Program-made: the position numbers and the translations under genes | From: a virus | Length of the DNA stretch: 64,000 nucleotides | Virus record (IMG/VR): IMGVR_UViG_3300036768_001501 | Coordinates: 1 to 64,000 of that record | Reading direction: 5' to 3' (one strand) | Notes under the pieces: generated by a model | The model's input: only the letters and a program-made list of their open reading frames with translations | Told to the model about the DNA's origin: nothing | The model's database searches: none | Shown here: piece by piece, positions 46,234-56,940 of the stretch | How positions within the stretch are numbered: the stretch's first letter is position 1 | How the letters are laid out: each line of letters starts with the position of its first letter

Positions 46234-47748
46234 ATGCAGTTTGTGGTTTCCCTGTACTCCAGCCGAGCGATCGCTATGCCCGCAATGCGGGCGTATGAGG
46301 ATATTGAGACGTATGGCACCGTCCTGGCTGGGGTATCCCCAGGGAAACTGAAGACCGGCGAGCCAGTGCTTCCAATTCTAGCCGCGAATCCGGTCATTGT
46401 GCGTGAGATTAGTGTTTCAAGAAGGCAATCAATTGATGCCTCTGTGTCTATAGACATCTATCACACTGGGCTTGAGATTATAGATAAAGCGCGCGATGAC
46501 TATCTACGTGTGCGCATCTATGCTGCCAAGTATGATGGGACAGACGTTACGCTCCTAGACCCAGTTTTTGATGGGAGCGTTATCAATATAGCATCATCTA
46601 GGGGGCGCGGAATCATCACAATCGATGCCTCCGAGTACGATGACCGCATCGGCTCTATGTTCCCGCCAGAGCTGATTACTCGTGCCGACTTCCCCGACGC
46701 CCCAGACCTTGTTGCTGGAACCCTGAATAGGCAGATTGTGATCGGCCCGTTCCAGTACCCGATACCGGCAAGGCAAGTGGATCGCGATGGGCGTGTATTC
46801 TACATTTGCGACCCGCCGCTTTCTACTCCGCCTGCAATTGTATACGCCGACGGTAGGCTTGTGCCATCTAACAGTTACAGCTTTTTCGCTGGTCGGATGC
46901 AGAACAGCGGACTTGAGTACACTGGTCTGTTGTTCTCTCGCCCAGTGTCCGAAGTTGTTGGCAAGCCAGTGCAGTACGTGACCGTTTCGCATGGGCAAGG
47001 TATGCGCGCATCTAACGCGATTGAAGCACTGGCGCGCGTCTCTGGTATTGGTATTACGAGGCGGTTGACTGCGCTTGCGAAGGATATGGAAAGCGATTTT
47101 CCGATGTCCATCCTTCTCAATAAGCGCGATAATGCCTTCTCGATTCTCACCAAGCGCATTCTTCCGCAAACTCCATACATTACGCGCATGTACCTGGGCC
47201 TAGTTGATATTGTAGATGCGAATTTCAACAACTCACCAGTGGCTGAAATTCAGCCAGGAAATGGTTGGATTTCAGGACAGATTGGCGTTAGCCGCGCTGG
47301 TTTCGGCGATGTTGTCAATAACCTGCAGGTGAACGTTGGTATGACGCATCATGGCGGTCCGGCTCTGAGAAGGCCGCTCATGCAGATTGTCCGCAATGCG
47401 ACAAACGGACCGTACAATTTGCGCTCCATTGCAAGCCGCTCTCAATCAATCTACGGCCCGCGCGCACTCACAATTGATGCTGGTGATCTCATAGTGTACT
47501 GGGGACCTAATGGGCAGCCAATCAGTCCATCGGGGGAGCGACTGGCGAATTATATCATTCAGCACAGCGCCTTTGAGGGCGTGCGGTACACATACGCATG
47601 TTCAGATGATGCCCTTACAGTACTTAGTCTCGGTGACGTAGTGGAGTTAACAGACCCGCTGGTTGCCGAATCGACCGTGCGGGCCATAGTTGTAAGACAG
47701 GAGTTCAGCAGTGCTCCGACGATTACTTTTGAGCATATTTTTGCTTAG
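46234..47748 (+). CDS. Baseplate hub/tail tip protein
   Basis: VFDGSV, ITRADFPDAP, SQSIYG, LSLGDVVELTD pattern, and position. Confidence 0.7.
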   Translation: MQFVVSLYSSRAIAMPAMRAYEDIETYGTVLAGVSPGKLKTGEPVLPILAANPVIVREISVSRRQSIDASVSIDIYHTGLEIIDKARDDYLRVRIYAAKYDGTDVTLLDPVFDGSVINIASSRGRGIITIDASEYDDRIGSMFPPELITRADFPDAPDLVAGTLNRQIVIGPFQYPIPARQVDRDGRVFYICDPPLSTPPAIVYADGRLVPSNSYSFFAGRMQNSGLEYTGLLFSRPVSEVVGKPVQYVTVSHGQGMRASNAIEALARVSGIGITRRLTALAKDMESDFPMSILLNKRDNAFSILTKRILPQTPYITRMYLGLVDIVDANFNNSPVAEIQPGNGWISGQIGVSRAGFGDVVNNLQVNVGMTHHGGPALRRPLMQIVRNATNGPYNLRSIASRSQSIYGPRALTIDAGDLIVYWGPNGQPISPSGERLANYIIQHSAFEGVRYTYACSDDALTVLSLGDVVELTDPLVAESTVRAIVVRQEFSSAPTITFEHIFA

Positions 47749-48097
47749 TTTGCCGGCGCACGCGCAGGTCAAGCCGCCAGCTATTGGCGACATTATGATG
47801 TCGTCGCCGGATGTCAGGAATTTGACAGAATCCTGCGTGCTGGCATTTTCCAAGCAAAAGAGGCAGTTTATCTGCGCGATCCGGATAGATGTTCAACTTT
47901 CTCCAGGGCGTGAAACACTTGTGTTCAATCCTTATGTTACTCAAGATAAGAAAGTCCTATGCGGTTGTGCGTACGGCTGTAACCCACAGGGTATGGTGCT
48001 CGGGTACTATTCGGTGTCCAATGTAGATAATGGCGGATTCAAAATTGACCACGCCTATGCAATTGGGAACGAAAAGATTAGTTGTATTGTGTATTAG
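47711..48097 (+). CDS. Exported small Cys-containing protein
   Basis: Signal peptide MLRRLLLSIFLLSLPAHA|Q. C-terminal beta domain ends GFKI..ISCIVY. Confidence 0.7.
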   Translation: MLRRLLLSIFLLSLPAHAQVKPPAIGDIMMSSPDVRNLTESCVLAFSKQKRQFICAIRIDVQLSPGRETLVFNPYVTQDKKVLCGCAYGCNPQGMVLGYYSVSNVDNGGFKIDHAYAIGNEKISCIVY

Positions 48098-48136
48098 CAG
48101 CATGGTAAAATAGCGGCACTAAGAGAGAGGTAATCG

Positions 48137-48445
48137 ATGGCACCCGAAACCCGCGACGCAATTGCTATCGCAATTATCTGGTTGCTGATGCAGCTTCTTA
48201 AGGTTGCCAAGCGAAAGTTTGGGGATCGTGTGCCTGTCCTGAAGGGCATTGATGAGGATCAGCTTAAGAAGTTAATTCCTATTCTCTCCCTACTTTTGGC
48301 TGGTGGTGGGTACGCGGCTGGCGCACTAGACGACCCACAGAGTGCAGTGGCTGTTGGTGGTTTGGCTGTAGCGGCCAACGAGGTTGGCAAGGCGACGGGT
48401 CGTCTAGTGCGCTCTATTGCTGGGAAGCCAAATGACCAACAATGA
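48137..48445 (+). CDS. Putative holin
   Basis: 102 aa with 2-3 hydrophobic segments, immediately before the endolysin. Confidence 0.7.
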   Translation: MAPETRDAIAIAIIWLLMQLLKVAKRKFGDRVPVLKGIDEDQLKKLIPILSLLLAGGGYAAGALDDPQSAVAVGGLAVAANEVGKATGRLVRSIAGKPNDQQ

Positions 48446-48878
48446 ATACCTGCTCCTTCTCACCCTTGATGAGCTTGCTTTACTGCGCGGCCTTATCGCT
48501 GGCGAGGCCGAGGGGGAGCCGTACGTCGGCCAGGTGGCTGTGGCGTACGTCGCAAAAAACCGTGTCAAATATTCAAAGCAGGCCCTGGTTCCCTGGTGGC
48601 CCAGGAGCCTTAAGCAAGTCATTCTCCAGAAGCACCAGTTTTCCTGTTTTTGGGAAGACTGGGACAAAAGACGCAAAATCATTCTTGAGGCCATTCATTC
48701 GCCGGAGAAGTACCAGAGGATCGATATGGCCGCGAAGGATGCTTACTATGAGCGGCTTCCTGACCCGACCCTGGGGGCGGATCATTACTTTTCCATCAAT
48801 ATTAAGCTGCCAAAGTGGGTAAAGTCAATGACGAAAACAGTGAGAATTGGGCGCCATGAATTCTACAAGTCAATCTAG
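48432..48878 (+). CDS. Endolysin, SleB/Hydrolase_2-family cell wall hydrolase
   Basis: GEAEGEPYVGQVAVAYVAKNRV, VILQKHQFSCF, GADHYF, IGRHEFY. Confidence 0.92.
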   Translation: MTNNEYLLLLTLDELALLRGLIAGEAEGEPYVGQVAVAYVAKNRVKYSKQALVPWWPRSLKQVILQKHQFSCFWEDWDKRRKIILEAIHSPEKYQRIDMAAKDAYYERLPDPTLGADHYFSINIKLPKWVKSMTKTVRIGRHEFYKSI

Positions 48879-49266
48879 TGGTACTAAGACAAGGAAGAGG
48901 GGAAACGGCAGGTCCTGCGCCGAGATTGAGGTGCTAGCTAACCGCCTTGACATGCTAGAGAAGACTGTTGAGGGGCTGGCGCACTTGTCTCAGCAGATTG
49001 CCGAGATGTCGGCACAGATGAACGGCATCAAGGCGGATTTGTCGCGGCTGATTCTCCATGTGGAGAATCCAGCAAGCGCTGATCGTTCTCTGATTGTTCG
49101 GATCAAGAGCGTGGAAGATAAACTGTCATCTATTGAAGATACCATTGGGAAAGCTAGTGATTTTGCTCGTCAGGTTGGCGTTAGACTGCTTGTGTACTTT
49201 ATTGCTGGCATGGTGAGCGGCGGGGCTACGATTGCTGCCGTCCTGAAAGTACTTGCGGAGCACTGA
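48847..49266 (+). CDS. Coiled-coil protein with C-terminal transmembrane helix (lysis accessory-like)
   Basis: Heptad coiled coil followed by LLVYFIAGMVSGGATIAAVL, directly after the endolysin. Confidence 0.65.
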   Translation: MGAMNSTSQSSGTKTRKRGNGRSCAEIEVLANRLDMLEKTVEGLAHLSQQIAEMSAQMNGIKADLSRLILHVENPASADRSLIVRIKSVEDKLSSIEDTIGKASDFARQVGVRLLVYFIAGMVSGGATIAAVLKVLAEH

Positions 49267-49268
49267 GC

Positions 49269-50084
49269 ATGAGGAGAATCCTGGGATTAGCTCTAGGCGT
49301 ATTTCTTTTGCTTACCACGCGGGTGGCAAGTGCGCAGATTTATTATTTGATGCCTGGGGACTTGGTTCCTGCTTCTAGTGTTGCGCCAATTAATTTTCAA
49401 ATTGTTGATCCAACATTCAATGGCGTAACGGTGAATGGGCGGAGTCGTTGGCCGTATGCGCAAACAGGGTTTATGGCAAATGCATATCAGTCTGGATCGC
49501 CGAATTTTGATGACGCGACCAACTACGATTACGGTGTTATGTTCGTGGTGCATCCTGAATTTGTTGGTCGTGATGATTCTTCAACCTTCCCGACAGTCGT
49601 GATTAAAGAAAGAGTGGTTTTCTTTTCGCTGGGAAACGCTGCAAGCTCATTTTCCCCACAGTATGTGTGTTTTAAGTTTCGCTACCAATGGATCAATGAC
49701 GGCTCCTCTATTAATGAAGCAAACAACTTTCGACCTGCGTCTGGATGGGGAGATAGCACTAATTGCGTGGATATAACAAATAAGCCTGCGCGTGAAATGA
49801 TTAAAAGCGTGGTGACTATTCCAACTACAGTGATTGATGCAGCAACCAGTGGCAGTTGTACGCCTGGTACTACGCGGTGTCCACGCGGGACGTTAATCGG
49901 ACACATTTATCGTATACGCGCTAACGACATGTGTGGAGGTTCTGGTACACCATTTACCTGTTGCACTGGCAATGGCACTGGAAACTGTTGCGATGGGCCA
50001 TCTAACAGCGCAACAGCATGTAACATTCAACAAGAAAGCGTGCCAATCTGGGGCGTGAAGCTAGTTGTTGATGGTGGCCTATGA
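49269..50084 (+). CDS. Exported Cys-rich beta-sandwich protein
   Basis: Signal peptide ending VASA|Q. CGGSGTPFTCCTGNGTGNCC; ends VPIWGVKLVVD. Confidence 0.8.
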   Translation: MRRILGLALGVFLLLTTRVASAQIYYLMPGDLVPASSVAPINFQIVDPTFNGVTVNGRSRWPYAQTGFMANAYQSGSPNFDDATNYDYGVMFVVHPEFVGRDDSSTFPTVVIKERVVFFSLGNAASSFSPQYVCFKFRYQWINDGSSINEANNFRPASGWGDSTNCVDITNKPAREMIKSVVTIPTTVIDAATSGSCTPGTTRCPRGTLIGHIYRIRANDMCGGSGTPFTCCTGNGTGNCCDGPSNSATACNIQQESVPIWGVKLVVDGGL

Positions 50085-50770
50085 CTACGGTGCGTGCTTT
50101 TGCAATTTTACTTTGTATATTTCTGTTGCCAGCCGGAGTTAATGCGCAGCTTGCTTACGGCAAGGGCTTCGTGCCGGCGACTGCTCTTTTCCCCTCTTCC
50201 GGAACATCGTGTACTCTACAGAGTTCCATTGGGGACAATACGGTTAAGAACAGAACATACTGGTGGAGCTGCACTGTCGGTAGCTCAACCACGGCGCGGT
50301 TCTCCTTTGTATCACCAGCGCTTGGGGCGACTTATGGGCAAGCTGCCGTTGCTGTGCGGATTATGAACTCCAACACGGCAGCGAAGGACATTTGCGCGGT
50401 TTTTTCTAGCCATGCCTACTTTTCGGCTGGCGCATTGCAAGTGAACCAGACGGGTTCAAACTGGCGTAATACCGCATGGACCGGCGGCTCATTGGGGAAC
50501 GCCCAACAGGTAACAATTTCTGCAAACACAACTCCGTGGTTGCTAATGGCAGCGCCGTCTGCGTCTGCCGCTGGCCCATCAATCATTGATGTTATGAACG
50601 CTTCCCCATCCCCAGCTTCGTCGGCAAATGAAATTGTTGTTCGTGAGGTAATCATTGGTGGGTGCAGCAACTTTTGTAGCGGGACAACACCGCCTACATG
50701 CTGTAACCCTAGTAGTTGCTCTTCAGACTATTCAGGTACGGTGAGAATCTATGGGGTTCATTTTTACTAA
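50081..50770 (+). CDS. Exported Cys-rich beta-sandwich protein (paralog)
   Basis: Signal peptide ending GVNA|Q. GCSNFCS..TCC..SSC; ends GTVRIYGVHFY. Confidence 0.8.
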   Translation: MTTVRAFAILLCIFLLPAGVNAQLAYGKGFVPATALFPSSGTSCTLQSSIGDNTVKNRTYWWSCTVGSSTTARFSFVSPALGATYGQAAVAVRIMNSNTAAKDICAVFSSHAYFSAGALQVNQTGSNWRNTAWTGGSLGNAQQVTISANTTPWLLMAAPSASAAGPSIIDVMNASPSPASSANEIVVREVIIGGCSNFCSGTTPPTCCNPSSCSSDYSGTVRIYGVHFY

Positions 50771-51470
50771 TGCAGTTGCGTTGCTGTTTTTGGCCAGCGT
50801 GGCTCAGGCCATCAGCTATACGTACACTTATGGCCCACAGTCTCTGATTGTGCAGCCAATGCTGGACGGCTCTACGGACGCTCCGAGTGATTGCGTATTG
50901 ATCAATGACACTTTAGTTGCTGGCACGACCAGCCCTCATGCGCGCGTTCTGTACTGTAGGAATAATGAGGACCAGAACAATGAAGGTGTTTTTGGCATTC
51001 ATGGGATTGTGCCAGTAGGGGCTACGCGCTTTGATATTATCGTTGATGTATACTCAGAGAGTGCTTCTAGTGGAAATCTTTGCGCTGTGGTGAACAATAC
51101 GGTCATTGCGCAGTGGGCTTTTACCGACGCTGGTATAAAGCAGGGGGTGCGATACGATAGTGGGCCGGATGACTCTTTTGTGTCTGGCCTTTCTGGTGTT
51201 CTTGGCCCAGTTGCGGTGTCTGGAGCCAAAAGGCGCGTAAAGTTGAGCGCTAATAATGTGCAGTTGGCTTACATTGATAGTATTGGCAATCGCCAATACT
51301 GCGGTGGTACGATATGCAATGAGCAGTACTTCCGCATGGAAGTGTACATTCAGGGATGCCAGAGGCTTTGTTCGTTTGTATCCCCGCAATTTTCATGTTG
51401 CGGCACTAGCTCATGTACCGATATTGGCAAAGTAAAAGTCCTTGGCGTGACCCTGAATTTACATGACTAA
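50751..51470 (+). CDS. Exported Cys-rich beta-sandwich protein (paralog)
   Basis: Signal peptide ending VAQA|I. GCQRLCS..SCC..SSC; ends GKVKVLGVTLNL. Confidence 0.8.
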   Translation: MGFIFTNAVALLFLASVAQAISYTYTYGPQSLIVQPMLDGSTDAPSDCVLINDTLVAGTTSPHARVLYCRNNEDQNNEGVFGIHGIVPVGATRFDIIVDVYSESASSGNLCAVVNNTVIAQWAFTDAGIKQGVRYDSGPDDSFVSGLSGVLGPVAVSGAKRRVKLSANNVQLAYIDSIGNRQYCGGTICNEQYFRMEVYIQGCQRLCSFVSPQFSCCGTSSCTDIGKVKVLGVTLNLHD

Positions 51471-51488
51471 GGTTTACGGGGATGCGGT

Positions 51489-54400
51489 TTGTGGCTTGGT
51501 GTAGCAACACTATTGGCGATTTTCTCGTTGGCAACCAGTGCGCTTGCGCAGCAAGCGCAAACTGCCGTTCAATTATCTGGGGGTCCAAACACTCAATCTT
51601 ATATTGAACTTCCTGGTAGCGTCACCTACCATAGCAGTACAGGGATTTCGCTTTCCGCCTGGATCAAGTGGGATGGGAAGCGCTATTCTGGAGCTAGCGA
51701 GGCCGACTGGATGTCGGTCATATTCAAGGGGAATTTTAGCTCCGGTGCTTATGGTATTCTAATTAGCCGCTCCGACAGCAATAGCTCCAACGAGATTCGC
51801 TGTTACTACGGCTCTGGTGCTTATGTATCTTACGCTGTAACAAGTGGTCTTGATACTAACTGGCACCATATCGCGTGTACCATTGCGCCAAGTCCTAGTA
51901 ATAACGTCAAGATATACCTAGACGGCTCTGTTGTTGCGAACCAGGCCGTTACTTTTTCCATTACTGACAATACTGCTTGGCCACTCCGCATTGGTGGTCA
52001 TAACGGTTCACAGTACTATTATTTCGGCGGCCTGATTGATGATGTACGTATCCACAGTTCTGCTGTAGCGTCGACCGAGATTTCCGGCTTTTACAATAGC
52101 GGCAATGGTACGTGCCAAAATACAGGCGCTTTGTCTTTCTATTATCCTCTGGACGGTCATGGCACGAACATGGTTGGGACAAGCGGGGATTATACAAATA
52201 TTGTCAATGCGTCCTGGTCACCGAGCGGGAAACTTGATTGTCGTGGCGGTAAGTTCGGTCGCGATTCGGCTGGCACAGAGACAACAACATACTTGGAGTT
52301 AGCCGATTCCACTTCGCTTGACCCGTCCACGACCATGACCGTTGAGGCGTGGTTCAAGTGGGACGGCGCTACGGCAGGTGCGCCAAACGACTGGATGTCG
52401 ATTGTCTCCAAGGGGACATATAGCAGCGGCGAGTATGTCATTCTCATGAACCGCGCATCTAATACGTCTCAGCGCGAGCTGCGTTGTTATTTCACCAACA
52501 GCTATGTAAGTACTTATGTTCCTGTTGATCTGCTGACGAGCTGGAACTACGTTGCCTGCACTCGCAACTCCTCCCAGATGAAGATTTATCTAAACGGGCA
52601 GCTTATGAGCACAGTGACGGCCCCGGCCTCGCAAGCAAACAATACGTCGCCATTGCGTATTGGCGTCCAGTCCGATGGCGGGTATCGGTTTGTCGGCCTG
52701 ATTGACGATGTGCGCGTTTATAATTCCGAGCTCAGTGCTTATGATATTTACCGTAGGTACAACATGGGTGGTGGTCCATGCGACGTATCTACGTCAGCAA
52801 ATCCGTTCTTTGTTGCCACGCTAAATGGCGGGCGTAGAGTAGCGGTTGGTACTAGTGGCACGCCGACGCTTGCAACTCTGTCTTCAACATCACCGCTTTG
52901 GGATACTGGTATTGTGCCGTGCGCCGATATTCCAGACCAGATTGCTGGCGGGCAGGAGATTCAGTTTACCCCAACGCCGACCAGAACACCAACGAACACG
53001 CATACACCTAGCCGTACTCCAACCAATACCCCCACGAACACACCAACTAACACCCCGACATTTACACCAACGAGAACCAATACTCCGACAAACACACCAA
53101 CTAGTACTCCAACCCCAACCGTAACTCCACTCGGCGGCGGTCAGGAAGTGCAATTCACTAGCACGCCAACTAGGACCCCGACTAACACACCGACTAACAC
53201 GCCTACATTCACGCACACGCATACACCAACCAACACCCCTACGAATACACCAACTAATACTCACACAAATACACCAACTAATACTCCCACAAGGACGCCG
53301 ACGAACACACCTACGAACACGCCAACAAGCACTCCTACTCCCACGGTGACTCCACTTGGTGGTGGACAAGAGGTTCAATTCACTAGTACCCCGACAAGAA
53401 CACCAACTAATACGTCCACTCAAACACCAACTAACACGCCCACTCGCACGCCAACCCACACGCCAACTAACACACCAACATTTACATTTACAAATACTCC
53501 AACCAGAACACCAACGAATACACCTACGAACACTCCGACAAACACACCAACTAGTACTCCAACCCCAACCGTAACTCCACTCGGCGGCGGTCAGGAAGTG
53601 CAATTCACTAGCACGCCAACTAGGACCCCGACTAACACACCGACTCGCACGCCGACTAACACGCCAACTAGGACATCAACAAGCACTCCAACCAATACTC
53701 CAACCAGCACGCCGACTTCAACCTCAACGCGAACTTATACCCCGACTAACACGCCGACCAGTACGCCGACCCCTACGGTTACCCCGCTCGGCGGCGGGCA
53801 GGAGGTTCAGTTCACAGCTACTCCCACACGTACCCCGACCGGGACGCCGACTAACACGCCGACCGGTACACCGACTTACACCCCAACGCGGACGCCCACA
53901 AACACGCCAACAAATACTCCAACAAATACGCCCACCCAGACATCGACGCAGACACCAACGCCGACCGTAACCCCACTAGGTGGCGGGCAGGAGATTCAGT
54001 TCACAGCTACCCCTACCAGGACTTATACCAGAACCCAGACCATGACGCCGACCGTGACTAATACCGTAACTCCAACCAGGACCAGTACGCCAACCATTAC
54101 GCCAACTAGTACTCCAACCCCAACCGTAACCCCACTCGGTGGTGGTCAGGAAGTGCAGTTCACCAGCACCCCGACAAGGACCCCGACAAATACGCCCACT
54201 CGAACACCAACAAACACTAGCACCGTTACACCGACACGAACGCCTACCCCAACATCAAGCCCAACTACTACGGTAACCAGTACTAGTACGCCAACAGTTA
54301 CCCCGACGCCAACGGCGACTCCACTAGGTGGTGGTCAGGAAATTCAGTTTACCGCTACGCCTACGCGCACTTTCACCCCAAGCATTACACCTACCGGAAC

Positions 54401-55313
54401 CATTCCGCCCTCAAGCACACCAACCAGGACACAAACACCGAGCAATACTCCAACGGTAACACCTACGCCCACCCAAACACCGCTCGGTGGCGGGCAGGAG
54501 ATTCAGTTCACAGCTACCCCTACCAGGACTTATACGTTTACTCCAAGCCCATCTCACACTGCTACATTTACCCCGACAGATACTCCAACTGGTCAACCCA
54601 CAAGTACGCCCACACGCACGCCAACGTCGACTGTTACCGGACTGCCAACGAATACACCAACTGCAACTCCAACTCCGACAGTTACGCCGCTCGGCGGTGG
54701 GCAAGAGGTGCAGTTTACCCCAACTCGTACAGCAACTGGCACACCTACGCCTACATCTACGCTAACGCCGACTGGCACTCCAACTGATACGGCAACGCCA
54801 ACGCCCACCCCGCTTTATTCTTATACACCTACGCCGCTCGCTACCCCAACACCATCGCCTTTAGGTGGCGGTCAAGAGGTGCAGTTTACGCCAACCAGAA
54901 CCGTTACGCCCACGCCTACAATGACCAACACAATGACCCCAACCCCAACGAATGTGCCGACCAGGACTCCGACTCCGACATTGCCTGGCACTTATACACC
55001 TACGCCCATCACGACGCCGACCCCGAAGCGCGAAGAGAAGGTCACCACGCACAGGCTGTTTGCGGACTGCGCTGACTTCACTACTCAGACCGGAGCCTGG
55101 GTGACTAGATATTTGACTTTCTCAAGACAGCCGTACGACGGTAGCGTTGCGTACTGCTGGCTACCTGGTGGCGGTGGTAGGATTATGTCAATGGATACCC
55201 GAATTACTTCCGCGCATGCATTCCTAACTATCGGAATTTACGCAACTAGGCCAGGCAATCCGCGATTACGGGCTTGCTGTCTGATTTACAGTTCCGAGCA
55301 GAGGTTTGAATGA
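51489..55313 (+). CDS. Exported adhesin-like protein: two LamG domains, mucin-like Thr-Pro stalk and Cys-containing C-terminal domain
   Basis: Signal peptide ending SALA|Q. Two LamG repeats ([33 protein letters not shown]), then about 700 aa of Thr/Pro repeats. Confidence 0.9.
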   Translation: MWLGVATLLAIFSLATSALAQQAQTAVQLSGGPNTQSYIELPGSVTYHSSTGISLSAWIKWDGKRYSGASEADWMSVIFKGNFSSGAYGILISRSDSNSSNEIRCYYGSGAYVSYAVTSGLDTNWHHIACTIAPSPSNNVKIYLDGSVVANQAVTFSITDNTAWPLRIGGHNGSQYYYFGGLIDDVRIHSSAVASTEISGFYNSGNGTCQNTGALSFYYPLDGHGTNMVGTSGDYTNIVNASWSPSGKLDCRGGKFGRDSAGTETTTYLELADSTSLDPSTTMTVEAWFKWDGATAGAPNDWMSIVSKGTYSSGEYVILMNRASNTSQRELRCYFTNSYVSTYVPVDLLTSWNYVACTRNSSQMKIYLNGQLMSTVTAPASQANNTSPLRIGVQSDGGYRFVGLIDDVRVYNSELSAYDIYRRYNMGGGPCDVSTSANPFFVATLNGGRRVAVGTSGTPTLATLSSTSPLWDTGIVPCADIPDQIAGGQEIQFTPTPTRTPTNTHTPSRTPTNTPTNTPTNTPTFTPTRTNTPTNTPTSTPTPTVTPLGGGQEVQFTSTPTRTPTNTPTNTPTFTHTHTPTNTPTNTPTNTHTNTPTNTPTRTPTNTPTNTPTSTPTPTVTPLGGGQEVQFTSTPTRTPTNTSTQTPTNTPTRTPTHTPTNTPTFTFTNTPTRTPTNTPTNTPTNTPTSTPTPTVTPLGGGQEVQFTSTPTRTPTNTPTRTPTNTPTRTSTSTPTNTPTSTPTSTSTRTYTPTNTPTSTPTPTVTPLGGGQEVQFTATPTRTPTGTPTNTPTGTPTYTPTRTPTNTPTNTPTNTPTQTSTQTPTPTVTPLGGGQEIQFTATPTRTYTRTQTMTPTVTNTVTPTRTSTPTITPTSTPTPTVTPLGGGQEVQFTSTPTRTPTNTPTRTPTNTSTVTPTRTPTPTSSPTTTVTSTSTPTVTPTPTATPLGGGQEIQFTATPTRTFTPSITPTGTIPPSSTPTRTQTPSNTPTVTPTPTQTPLGGGQEIQFTATPTRTYTFTPSPSHTATFTPTDTPTGQPTSTPTRTPTSTVTGLPTNTPTATPTPTVTPLGGGQEVQFTPTRTATGTPTPTSTLTPTGTPTDTATPTPTPLYSYTPTPLATPTPSPLGGGQEVQFTPTRTVTPTPTMTNTMTPTPTNVPTRTPTPTLPGTYTPTPITTPTPKREEKVTTHRLFADCADFTTQTGAWVTRYLTFSRQPYDGSVAYCWLPGGGGRIMSMDTRITSAHAFLTIGIYATRPGNPRLRACCLIYSSEQRFE
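52940..55030 (+). repeat. Coding Thr-Pro repeat region with 11 GG(G)QE(V/I)QFT nodes
   Basis: Direct count in the translation. Includes an identical 114-bp copy at 53082-53195 and 53532-53645. Confidence 0.95.
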
Positions 55314-55328
55314 TTTTGGTTGCCTTTA

Positions 55329-55337
55329 TGATATAAT
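55329..55337 (+). promoter_or_regulatory. Extended -10 promoter inside the exported-protein cluster
   Basis: TGaTATAAT in the intergenic gap, upstream of AGGAG and ATG 55359. Confidence 0.6.
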
Positions 55338-55358
55338 CAAATGCAACAGGAGAGTACC

Positions 55359-56429
55359 ATGAAGAGAGCAATTTTGGCCCTAGCTCTTATGTTTGTAGCT
55401 TCTATTTCTCGTGCTGCCTGGCGCGAGGAGGTGAACGGCATCAATGGCGTGCCGATGCCGTCGCGCATGACGCAGTTTGACGTAGATGACAATGGTGATA
55501 TTTATGTAGCCCAAACGTCGTTTACCGCTGACCGGCACGGCCTTGCTGTTGTGAGGCGCATCCACAACCGTATCTCCGACGTTGTGTTTGCCTATGAAAC
55601 CAGGGCAACGGGAATTGGTTGCACCGTGTTACTGGATATTCGGAACGGCCATAAGCTTGTCTATTTCATGTGCAGTAGCAGCGAACGTGGGGTTTACGAC
55701 ATTGACGCAGGTACGACTAACCCAGTTCCGTACCTGAATCAGCCAATGCGCATGCTGGCACTGAACGACGGACTGTATTTTTCGCCATACGCCCAGCTTG
55801 TGAAGTTGGCGGACGGAACGTTGTCAACAGTGTTTGGTAGCGGGACTCGGTTCGCTTGCGATTCCTCCGGTACCGATGCTCCACTCATCAGCTCTATGGC
55901 CTATCTAAATAAGTGGTATTTTGCTGAAACTGCTTGTTATGGGATCGGATCGCTTTGGCGCCTGAACGGCAGGGGCGCGGAGCGGATTACCAGCTTTACC
56001 GGCGCACAACCAAGTGTTGGACAAAGTATAATCGGAAGCAAAGTGCAGTCACCCGCTCTTGATGGTCGCGGCAATCTCTTGGCCGTACTGGATCGCGCTA
56101 CGTCAACAGTTTATCTTTTGGGCGAAGACCTGGTTGTGACAGGAGCCGTTGACTCTGTGCCGGTTTCTTCTGGTTCGTTTGCGCGCGTAATTCTCGGGCC
56201 ACGTCGTGTGTACGTGCTGGACGTGCAGCGGGAGACTATCTATTCGGAACAGATTCCTGGCATGCCGGAGCCGACCAACACGCCTGAGGTTCCTACGGCC
56301 ACGCCGACAAGTCCACCGGTTCCAACGAACACGCCAGAGCCAACCGCGACAGTGCCTGCACCTGTGTGTCCGGCTGCGGTTTGTGATGCACTAAGATCAG
56401 CCGCAACGCTTTGCGGGTGTAACTTGTAA
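55359..56429 (+). CDS. Exported beta-propeller-like protein with Pro/Thr tail
   Basis: Signal peptide MKRAILALALMFVASISRA|A. NHL-like FDVDDNGDIYVA and RVYVLD; PT linker and Cys-rich end. Confidence 0.75.
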   Translation: MKRAILALALMFVASISRAAWREEVNGINGVPMPSRMTQFDVDDNGDIYVAQTSFTADRHGLAVVRRIHNRISDVVFAYETRATGIGCTVLLDIRNGHKLVYFMCSSSERGVYDIDAGTTNPVPYLNQPMRMLALNDGLYFSPYAQLVKLADGTLSTVFGSGTRFACDSSGTDAPLISSMAYLNKWYFAETACYGIGSLWRLNGRGAERITSFTGAQPSVGQSIIGSKVQSPALDGRGNLLAVLDRATSTVYLLGEDLVVTGAVDSVPVSSGSFARVILGPRRVYVLDVQRETIYSEQIPGMPEPTNTPEVPTATPTSPPVPTNTPEPTATVPAPVCPAAVCDALRSAATLCGCNL

Positions 56430-56448
56430 GTCAAGAAGGAGCTCAGGC

Positions 56449-56940
56449 ATGGTGTACGTGCTTCTCGTGTGTTCGTGGCTGTTCACTAGCGTTGCTTATG
56501 CACAAGCAGATCGTGGCCTCGGGATTCAGACAGCGGCTACGCCAACCGCCGTGATTGATGCGCATTGTTATAACTATAACGGGGAACAAAGGTGCGCTGA
56601 CAAGATTATTGATTCCCCACGCTGGAACCGCATCTACCAAGGCCCATTTGTAGGCGGTACTCCTGGTACGCCTACACCGGCGATACCACCAACACCGACG
56701 GTTGGGGCTGGTACGCCAACGCCTATTCCTGCTTCCTGGTGCTACTGTTGCGCTAGGGGTCCGACACCTAATACGGGGCGAGTCTTGGTGTCCGTTGGTC
56801 CACAACCGTGGGGTGGCCCTGGTATTTATTTATCGGACTCGGATTGCGTGCGCTATCCCGCTCCGGCAACAGGTGATTGTTCCAACTTGTACGTAACCAG
56901 GCAGAACGTAGGAGACTACGTACGATGCGACATGCAGTAA
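56449..56940 (+). CDS. Exported Pro/Thr/Cys-rich protein
   Basis: AAGGAG RBS. Signal peptide ending VAYA|Q, PT linker, paired Cys. Confidence 0.75.
   Translation: MVYVLLVCSWLFTSVAYAQADRGLGIQTAATPTAVIDAHCYNYNGEQRCADKIIDSPRWNRIYQGPFVGGTPGTPTPAIPPTPTVGAGTPTPIPASWCYCCARGPTPNTGRVLVSVGPQPWGGPGIYLSDSDCVRYPAPATGDCSNLYVTRQNVGDYVRCDMQ

Noticed and set aside
48847-49266. Canonical i-spanin/o-spanin pair
   Set aside because: The transmembrane helix is C-terminal rather than N-terminal, and no overlapping small lipoprotein gene was found there.
52940-55030. Regularly spaced ~33-bp repeats resembling a CRISPR array
   Set aside because: The repeats vary at synonymous positions, lie in one open frame, and the spacers are themselves Thr-Pro coding repeats. 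No cas genes are present.
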